From Leptonemataceae bacterium (lineage in GTDB: Bacteria; Spirochaetota; Leptospiria; Leptospirales; Leptonemataceae), in NCBI GenBank assembly GCA_965227295.1, contig OZ245742.1:1760001-1824000 (forward strand): DNA of 64,000 bases. The letters are read 5' to 3'. The position numbers were made by a program, and so were the translations under genes. This document shows positions 57,611 to 64,000 of this stretch, in pieces; positions within the stretch are counted from its first letter, which is position 1; every line of letters starts with the position of its first letter. The notes beneath the pieces were generated by a model. It saw nothing but the letters and a program-made list of their open reading frames with translations. It was not told where the DNA came from and made no database searches.

Positions 57611-58222
57611 CTATCGTAAATCTTCGCAGGCCGTCAGATCTTCCGGGCGGTCCACGTCCAGGGCGGCCTCCGGGCAGGGGAGCGCCTGGACGCGGTGTCG
57701 TTCGCGAAAGAGCAGATCCCGCGCGCCGCGATCTCCGCTGAGTTCGAGAAGATGGTGGAAGTCCTGCCGACCGAAGACGCACGGTGCGCCGATGCGTTCC
57801 GCGTATGTGCTGGCAATGATACTGTCCGGGTTCGTGAGCCAGGCGTCGATCAGGGCGGTGAAGTGTTCCCGGGGAATGCGAGGCTGATCGCAGAGTGCAA
57901 TGAACAATGCTGCGCATTCCGGTGGCGCGGAGCGAACACCCAGTTGCAGTGAGCCCGCCATGCCTTGGTCCCAGTTTTCGTTGACTAAGATGCGCGGAGG
58001 GGCGGCTAACTGCTGTAAGATTTCCCGACAACGTTCGGTTTCCGCTCCGAGGACGACATCGACCGGGCAGCCGGTGGCTCGGGCCTGCTCCATGGCGTGG
58101 ACCAGGAGCGGCCGGCCTTCAAAGTGAACGAGTTGTTTGGGCCGGCCCATGCGACGACCGGCTCCGGCAGCCAGGACAATGACACGCACCCGCGAGCGTT
58201 TGTCGTCAGGAAGTGCCGGCAT
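57611..58222 (-). CDS. Molybdenum cofactor cytidylyltransferase (MocA-like)
   Basis: VLAAGAGRRMGRPKQL, NENWDQGM, LCDQP, GDRGAR, DVDRPED. Confidence 0.88.
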   Translation of the reverse strand: MPALPDDKRSRVRVIVLAAGAGRRMGRPKQLVHFEGRPLLVHAMEQARATGCPVDVVLGAETERCREILQQLAAPPRILVNENWDQGMAGSLQLGVRSAPPECAALFIALCDQPRIPREHFTALIDAWLTNPDSIIASTYAERIGAPCVFGRQDFHHLLELSGDRGARDLLFRERHRVQALPCPEAALDVDRPEDLTACEDLR

Positions 58223-59318
58223 GATTGGCTGTTCCTGTGGACAGACGCAGCGATTGTCCCGAACGTCCGGCCAGCGCGGCCTGGATTTCGGCGACGACGG
58301 CGAGGGCGATCGCCTCGGGAATCGTGCCGCCCAGGTCGAGACCGACGGGACTTCGCAGCCGTTCGATGTCGGGTACGGGGCCGAGGCGTTCGAGCAGTTT
58401 TTCCCGTCGCCGCACCGGGCCGAGCAGACCGATGTATGCGACGGTGCTGTGGAATAAGACGCGCAGGTATTCCGTGTCGGATTCGAAGTGATGGCTCATA
58501 ACAATCGCTGCGTCGATGTTAGCAGCATTGATGAATGGTTCGAGTTCCGCCGGCCGACCGAGACGCAGTTCCACGCCCTCCGGAAACTGCGCAGCGTCTT
58601 CGATGTAACGCGGTCGATGATCGCATATGATCACGCGCCAGCCGAGTTCAACGGCGAAGCGCGCTACCGGCGGGACGTCAGGTCCCGCGCCCAGAATCAA
58701 CAGCGCCGGCGCCGGTGGGATTCGGTGCAGGAAGACCTGGAGCGTCGCATCCCCCTGCTGTATATCCAGAAGTTCAGACGTTTCTGTCGATCGTTTCAGT
58801 TCTTGTGCCAGCAGATCCTTGCAGTACGCCGGCAGGCTCGGACTTGCGCCTGCTGCTCCGGCGGCAGCCCAGTAGAATGCGCCGCCAGCGTTGTCCGGGC
58901 GAGCATTCCGTGTGAGCACGGTGGCGAGGTGGACGGGATGTTGTTTCTCGCGCGCCGCTGCGATGATCGGCAGCGGGCCGTAGTCGTTGCCTGCGTTCAG
59001 GCGTTGTAGAAAGATCGTCGAGAGACCTTCGCAGCCGGCACCGATCCCCCAGATCAACTCATGATCCGGACGCAGATCGTATTCGATGAGTCGTGGTCGG
59101 CCGTCGGCCAGGACTTCATTGGAGTGCAGGAGCAAATCGCCTTCCAGGCAGCCGCCGCTCAGGAGACCGGCCGCGGCGCGGCCTTCGTCGAGGAGCATCA
59201 TGGCGCCGGCCTTGCGATACGTTGAGCCCCGCGTGGAAACAACCGTGGCCAGGACCAGGGGTTTGCCCGCGGCACGGAAATCGCGATAGGCCTGCAAGAT
59301 GCGAGAGAACTGCGGCAT
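58206..59318 (-). CDS. XdhC/CoxI molybdoenzyme maturation factor
   Basis: GSTYRKAGA, LSGGCLEGD, GIGAGCEG, ILGAGPD, YIGLLGP, SPVGLDLG; start ATG 59318 because the longer ORF runs into the tRNA. Confidence 0.92.
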   Translation of the reverse strand: MPQFSRILQAYRDFRAAGKPLVLATVVSTRGSTYRKAGAMMLLDEGRAAAGLLSGGCLEGDLLLHSNEVLADGRPRLIEYDLRPDHELIWGIGAGCEGLSTIFLQRLNAGNDYGPLPIIAAAREKQHPVHLATVLTRNARPDNAGGAFYWAAAGAAGASPSLPAYCKDLLAQELKRSTETSELLDIQQGDATLQVFLHRIPPAPALLILGAGPDVPPVARFAVELGWRVIICDHRPRYIEDAAQFPEGVELRLGRPAELEPFINAANIDAAIVMSHHFESDTEYLRVLFHSTVAYIGLLGPVRRREKLLERLGPVPDIERLRSPVGLDLGGTIPEAIALAVVAEIQAALAGRSGQSLRLSTGTANHAGTS

Positions 59319-59437
59319 GGATCCGGGATCCAATTCTACCTGGAAAGAAAAAAGGGCAAGACCTTCTAAGCCGGCCGTAGTTGCAGTGAGACCGGCGATG
59401 GGGAAAAGCCGCCGGGGTGAGAAGGCGGGACTCGGTG

Positions 59438-59511
59438 TGCGCCCAGAAGGATTCGAACCTCCGACCCCTTGATTCGTAGTCAAGTGCTCTATCCAGCTGA
59501 GCTATGGGCGC
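59438..59511 (-). tRNA. tRNA-Arg(ACG), CCA not encoded
   Basis: GCGCCCATAGCTCAGCTGGATAGAGCACTTGACTACGAATCAAGGGGTCGGAGGTTCGAATCCTTCTGGGCGCA; anticodon arm CTTGA-CTACGAA-TCAAG. Confidence 0.97.
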
Positions 59512-59583
59512 TTTCGAAACGTGTCTGAGGCTTGTATTTTGACGGGCTCATCGGGTCAAGGAATATACGCGCATATAATGGAC

Positions 59584-59916
59584 ATGGAACGAAACAGCGT
59601 GACCGTCGGGGTGATCGGTCCCGGCGGGGATCTTTGTTCGCCGGAGCTCTACGAGTTTGCCCGTCGGCTCGGCCGGGCCCTGGGCGAGCGGCACTACGCC
59701 GTGGTCTGCGGCGGCATGGGCGGAATGATGGAAGCCGTGTGCCGGAACTCGCTTTCGCCTGGATGCATCGCCGGCCGGTGATTTGCTGTACGGTCTTTGA
59801 GGGTTGGGCGGAAAAACTGGCGGGGGTGGACCTGGACGCAGGGATTGTTTTGCGAGGCGGCTTCGGTGGAAGAAGTGTGTTCGGTGTTAATGAAACTGGA
59901 AGAGCAGAAGCGATAA
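59584..59916 (+). pseudogene. Internally deleted, frameshifted TIGR00725-like (LOG/SLOG Rossmann) gene
   Basis: Three frames: MERNSVTVGVIGP...VVCGGMGGMMEAVCR / ELAFAWMHRRPVICCTVFEGWAEKLAGVDLD / EAASVEEVCSVL..KR*. Confidence 0.75.
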
Positions 59917-59953
59917 GACGGCGGCACTCGCGTACCGCCGTTCGCAGAATGGA

Positions 59954-60208
59954 TTAGTGCCGCGCTTGTTTCGGGCGGGCTTCGTTCACGACGAGGGGAC
60001 GCCCTTCGACTTCCTGGTTCGCCAGTTCTTTCATGGCGTTCAGCGCTTCATTTTTGTTCGGCATATCGACGAAGGCGAAGCCGCGGGAACGACCGGTTTC
60101 CCGGTCCGTGATGAGTTTTACTGATTCCACGTCGCCGTACGCCCGGAACAGGTCGGCGATGGAGTCCTCGGTTAAACGATAGTTGAGGTTACCCACATAA
60201 AGTTTCAT
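59954..60208 (-). CDS. RRM RNA-binding protein
   Basis: KLYVGNL, DRETGRSRGFAFVDM, GRPLVVNEARP. Confidence 0.95.
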   Translation of the reverse strand: MKLYVGNLNYRLTEDSIADLFRAYGDVESVKLITDRETGRSRGFAFVDMPNKNEALNAMKELANQEVEGRPLVVNEARPKQARH

Positions 60209-60309
60209 TCATTCACACCAAATCTGAGATACGCGCCGATCCGCCGACGTTCCAACAATACGTACATCGCCGCTCACAAAGGTCAACAGAAAAGATGCAC
60301 GCCGCGTTC

Positions 60310-62079
60310 TTAGTAAAAAAATCCGTCGGGACCGGGGCCGTGTTCTTCCCAGCAACCGCGTTTCTTTTTAAGCACGGCGTCGCGCTCCCACGTAGCGGCC
60401 TTTTGTAACAGTGTTTCAATCGTAGTCTGGAATCGCTGTTCCAGACGAGGAATCACCGGGCTGCCGGCCAGCTTCGCCGCCTTGAGTTCCGTCAGGCGCA
60501 TCTTAACGTCGGGCATGGTCGCCAGGATATCCTCGCGCAAGGCCAGTACGATGCCGGCCTTCGTTACCATGGTACGGTCGTAGGTCGGTTCCCCCGTAGA
60601 ACAAAACGCCGCGCCACGGTGGATGATGTGTGTAAGATCGAGATAGTGTTCGTGTCCGGGGCGCCAGCGCACGAGTACCGGGCGCCGGGCCACGTCACGA
60701 TTCGGGAGAGCCTGTTCATCGAGGATTTTGACGCCCGGGCCGGCGGCGACGCCGAAGTAACCGAGGCCGATCCCTTTCAAACACTGCGCCTGCGCCTGGG
60801 AGTTGGTGATCCAGAAGTCGTCCACGCCCAGGCAGGCTTGCAGTTGTTGGAACTCTTCGCCGGTTTGTCCCCAGGGGTGATCCTGGCCGAATAGCAACGC
60901 AGCCGGGCCGGCACCGGACTCTTCGAAGAAGTAGCGACGCTCATCGGCCAGGGAGCCGAAGGTCAGCGGAACTGGCCAGAAGGTCAACAGTACGAAGAAG
61001 GCGAGTCCGGCATAGTGGGAGGCAAGCTTGTGTTTGGTAAATGTTTGTAGAAAGTTCGGCAGCGCGAAGCCGGCCCGGAAGTAACGATCCGCGAGCAGGG
61101 CGAGCATGAGTATCTCCGGCAGGAAGAAGCGGAACATCATGAAGTCGCCGCCCACGCGGACAATGTAGAGGCCCAGGATCAACGTTACACCGAGTTCGCG
61201 AAAGTATGCGAAGTACTGCCGCGGCGGAAGTATGTTTCGCGTTTTGTGAAACACCGGAAAGAGTGCTACCATCCCGCCGATGATCCACAGTGCCGGCGCA
61301 AACAGGAGTGTTGCCGCGAGGTAACGCAGGCCCTGGATGTAGTACGAAGACAGCCCGGACTTCGCGTAGTAGGTGTTCGGAAAGATGTCGTGGTAGTACA
61401 GGCCGCGGAAGAGGTGATAGCTGCCCGCGAAGAGGAGAATGCCCCCGGCCCAGGCGAACAGCGGTTTCCAGCGGAGCTTCTGTAAGACGCGCGGGGCCCG
61501 TAACTGCACGCACTCCGCCAGGATAAACACCGAGTAATATGTAACTAAGAGTCCCAGCTCCGGTCGGCTTAAGTACAAGAGAGCGCAGAGGGATGCGAAG
61601 TAGAACGGCCGTTCGGAGAGGCGGTGCTGCTCGAGTCCGGTGAACAATAACACCGTAAGCAGATAGACCAGCGAATACTCCATGCCGCCCGTGGCGAAAT
61701 CGCGGAAGCCCGAGATCGATACCAGAGCCAGCGCGGCGAAGGGAAAGATCGGGATGCCGTTCGGTTCCCGACCGGGGCGGAAGACAAGAATCGCCAGGGC
61801 AATGCCGGAGTAGAGCAGGCCCAGCAGAATGGCGCCGAAGTGCAACGGGAGGCCGATGCCCTTGATGAGTACCAGTCCCATCATCCACAGCGGATGGGTG
61901 AACGATTCAGTGCGCACGCCCGGATTGTAGACCAGGCCGTGGCCGGCGTAGAGGTTCTCGACGCTGCGGAAGGTGATGTAGCCGTCCTCGGCGACCCAGA
62001 CCCGGCTCAGAACGGCCCATAGACAAAAGAGGGCGACCAGGCCGAGAAAGATGCGGGATGTGCGCGAGTATGCCTGCAT
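60310..62079 (-). CDS. GT-C-like membrane protein (AftB/arabinofuranosyltransferase-like)
   Basis: WVAEDGYITFRSVEN...GHGLVYN..G.R.E.FTHPLW, FATGGME, FPNTYYAK, VGGDFM..RF, RPGHE. Confidence 0.75.
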   Translation of the reverse strand: MQAYSRTSRIFLGLVALFCLWAVLSRVWVAEDGYITFRSVENLYAGHGLVYNPGVRTESFTHPLWMMGLVLIKGIGLPLHFGAILLGLLYSGIALAILVFRPGREPNGIPIFPFAALALVSISGFRDFATGGMEYSLVYLLTVLLFTGLEQHRLSERPFYFASLCALLYLSRPELGLLVTYYSVFILAECVQLRAPRVLQKLRWKPLFAWAGGILLFAGSYHLFRGLYYHDIFPNTYYAKSGLSSYYIQGLRYLAATLLFAPALWIIGGMVALFPVFHKTRNILPPRQYFAYFRELGVTLILGLYIVRVGGDFMMFRFFLPEILMLALLADRYFRAGFALPNFLQTFTKHKLASHYAGLAFFVLLTFWPVPLTFGSLADERRYFFEESGAGPAALLFGQDHPWGQTGEEFQQLQACLGVDDFWITNSQAQAQCLKGIGLGYFGVAAGPGVKILDEQALPNRDVARRPVLVRWRPGHEHYLDLTHIIHRGAAFCSTGEPTYDRTMVTKAGIVLALREDILATMPDVKMRLTELKAAKLAGSPVIPRLEQRFQTTIETLLQKAATWERDAVLKKKRGCWEEHGPGPDGFFY

Positions 62080-62222
62080 GCGGGGACATCCTGGCCGCCG
62101 GTGGATGCGCCGACACCAAAAATCAGCGGGCGCCGGAATTTTAGGTTTTCCGCGCGACGGTCGAAATAATTACGTCTACTATAGAAGAAAGCGGCCGGTC
62201 ATGCGGCCGCCGGTAGATGATA

Positions 62223-62569
62223 GGGGACGAAATGGCTTCGACTGCTGTGATTTCGAGGCTTTGATTGCATGCAGAGTTGAGGAACTCTTCAAAACCTCAC
62301 CCTATAACTGCCAACAACGAAATGGCTCTCGCAGCTTAATCATAGCTGCTTGCGCTCGCCTGAAGTTCCCTTCCGGGCTTCGGGATGAGTGTCACTTTAC
62401 GGAAGGTGAGTCGATCGGGTGCGAGCTGCAGATCGGCTGACGTTTACAGTTCGCGAAGTGTTGTCCGTCCTGTCGATGGGTAAGGGCGGCACTTAACTGA
62501 TCATCGACTAAGCATGTAGAGGTCACTGTCTTGCACCGTAGGACGCGGGTTCGACTCCCGCCGTCTCCA
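62223..62569 (+). ncRNA. ssrA: tmRNA (one-piece); tag ANNEMALAA* at 62310-62339
   Basis: 5' GGGGACG pairs with 3' CGTCTCC-A (G3:U), T-arm GCGGGTTCGACTCCCGC, ATAACT-GCC resume context. Confidence 0.96.
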
Positions 62570-62577
62570 ATATAGTT

Positions 62578-62722
62578 GTGCAGTGGTTGCGACGTCCTGT
62601 CGCAACCACTGCACGCTAAGAGTTCCGCTCCTTTGGAGCGGCAAAACTTCCTGTTTTGGCAAAACCGCTGCGCGTTTTGCTTGTTGTGCGCGGGACTGCC
62701 GTGTCCTGGCGCAACCGCTGCG
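62578..62722. repeat. REP-like palindromes, family C (one perfect, two degenerate)
   Basis: GTGCAGTGGTTGCGAC-GTCCT-GTCGCAACCACTGCAC perfect 16-bp stem (62578-62614), then CAAAAC-TTCCT-GTTTTG..AACCGCTGCG and GTGTCCTGGCGCAACCGCTGCG. Confidence 0.7.
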
Positions 62723-62742
62723 ATGTCAATCGCGGGCAATGC

Positions 62743-63522
62743 TCAGATGTACCCGCGCAACCAGTAGGCCGCCAGGCCGATGTACTCTTTGATCGCAATG
62801 GTACTCACCGAGACTGCCGACGGCGACGGGATCAATCCCTCCGGCCCCGGAAAGATCCGCGAACGATAGTAATCTACCGGAAAGGGGATAAGCCCCAGGT
62901 CCGGCGCGGCCGCACGGAAGCAGCCCACGCTCCGCGGCATGTGCAATGCCGACGTAACGAGAATGATTTTCCGCCAGCCCTGTTTCGCGGCAAGCTTCGC
63001 CGTTTCCCGCGCATTCTCGGCAGTGTTTCGCGAGGTGCTTTCGATGACGATGCGCTCCGCCGCGATGCCGCGTTCTTCGAGCAGCCAGCGTTGCAGGATC
63101 AACGCCTCGGATTCGCCGATTTGTAGAATCAATCCCGAACCGCCGGAGAGCACGAGCACCGGTGCCGCGTTCTTGCGCAGCAGCGCTTCCCCGGCGAGGA
63201 TGCGATCGACACTGGAGATAAACTCCGGCCCGGGCCGGCCGGTGAGCGGATCCACCATGCCGCCGAGTACGACGACGGCGTCGGCACTAAGCTGTGCGGA
63301 AATGTTCTTAACGGATCGGTGCGGGTAGGCGTCTTCCAGCGGCGCGATGAGCAGGCCGGACACCGGATTCGTGGAAAGCGCGTAGAGTGCGAGCAGTGCG
63401 ATGCGAAAGACAAAACGCGTCCACGAGGGCTGCATGCGCACCGCCGCGATCACGGCGATGAGCAGGAACAACGGGTAGGGGAAAAGGAAGATCGTAAGGA
63501 GTTTTGAGAGATAGAAGAACAT
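62743..63522 (-). CDS. YdcF/DUF218 (ElyC/SanA-like) envelope protein
   Basis: AVVVLGG, LSGGSG, ESTSRNTAENA, LVTSALHMPRS, KEYIGL. Confidence 0.92.
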   Translation of the reverse strand: MFFYLSKLLTIFLFPYPLFLLIAVIAAVRMQPSWTRFVFRIALLALYALSTNPVSGLLIAPLEDAYPHRSVKNISAQLSADAVVVLGGMVDPLTGRPGPEFISSVDRILAGEALLRKNAAPVLVLSGGSGLILQIGESEALILQRWLLEERGIAAERIVIESTSRNTAENARETAKLAAKQGWRKIILVTSALHMPRSVGCFRAAAPDLGLIPFPVDYYRSRIFPGPEGLIPSPSAVSVSTIAIKEYIGLAAYWLRGYI

Positions 63523-63606
63523 GTTTCACTCCGAGGACCGAGGGACCGAGCTTTTTGGGAGAGGGGTTAGACGTCGAGTATGATGGTTTGTAGATGGTTG
63601 GCTCGA

Positions 63607-63735
63607 CTCTTCGCGTCAGGGATGCGGAGGGTTGCGCGAAGCGCAATTCCGGAGTGAGCGAAGCGAACGCAGGAACGAGCGATGAGCGAGCCCGGAGCAG
63701 CCCGGCCCCCGCGCGTAGCGCGGGGGAGACGCCCA
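63607..63735 (+). repeat. Structured intergenic repeat, family A copy 3
   Basis: CTCTTCGCGTCAGGGATGCGGAGGGTTGCGCGAAGCGCAA...AGCCCGG...GACGCCCA. Confidence 0.82.
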
Positions 63736-63757
63736 GAAAATAAATATCTTACATTAT

Positions 63758-64000
63758 TCACAGCAAATCTTTTGATTCTAAGTCTTCAAAGTACTTCAGT
63801 ACTTTCTCGACCGTCCAGGCCGGCTGTTCCATGGGAAAAAAGTGCGAGCCGGTAGATTGCATTCGCTGTGAGTTAGGGTTGCGCCTGGTAAGCAGTCGGG
63901 CCGCACGATCGGGAGTGACCTCGCTCTTCGTTGCCTGGATTACGAGCTTCGGCATTTCCACGGCCTTGTGATGGCGCCACTGGCCGCGGTGCAGCGTTCG
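63758..64000 (-). CDS. Alpha/beta hydrolase, C-terminal part (runs off window end)
   Basis: Open frame to window edge: MPKLVIQATKSEV...GSHFFPMEQP catalytic-His motif. Confidence 0.75.
   Translation of the reverse strand, partial: RTLHRGQWRHHKAVEMPKLVIQATKSEVTPDRAARLLTRRNPNSQRMQSTGSHFFPMEQPAWTVEKVLKYFEDLESKDLL

Noticed and set aside
59319-59483. N-terminal extension of XdhC in the ORF track
   Set aside because: Runs through the tRNA gene; ATG 59318 matches the family start
59438-62569. Integrative element at tRNA-Arg or ssrA
   Set aside because: No integrase and no duplicated 3' end seen in the window

Overview
GC-rich bacterial chromosomal window that looks like a Leptospirales/Leptospiraceae-type spirochaete. 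This is inferred from the tmRNA tag ANNEMALAA and a Leptospira-style TonB/lipoprotein operon. Most genes are housekeeping or accessory metabolism: two tandem two-component pairs, tpx, mpl, a LytS/LytTR-linked TonB-dependent receptor-lipoprotein-ExbBD-TonB operon, an extra sigma-70 factor, a K+/Na+/mechanosensitive cluster, two parallel NAD salvage routes (pncB; nadV plus NMNAT-Nudix), purB, vapBC, fatty-acid catabolism genes with TetR/MarR operators, an iorAB-mocA-xdhC molybdoenzyme cluster, tRNA-Arg(ACG) and ssrA. The most interesting candidate is a ~665-aa LOG/SLOG nucleosidase-family protein that appears to carry a degenerate dCTP-deaminase/dUTPase-like domain and lies 17 bp upstream of a family-4 uracil-DNA glycosylase, behind a vapBC pair. 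Also notable are an NMNAT whose Nudix box has lost its catalytic glutamates, three families of structured intergenic repeats (one with clear compensatory base changes), and several gene remnants absent from the ORF track. I found no CRISPR array, integrase or transposase. All calls are by-eye motif recognition with no database searches.
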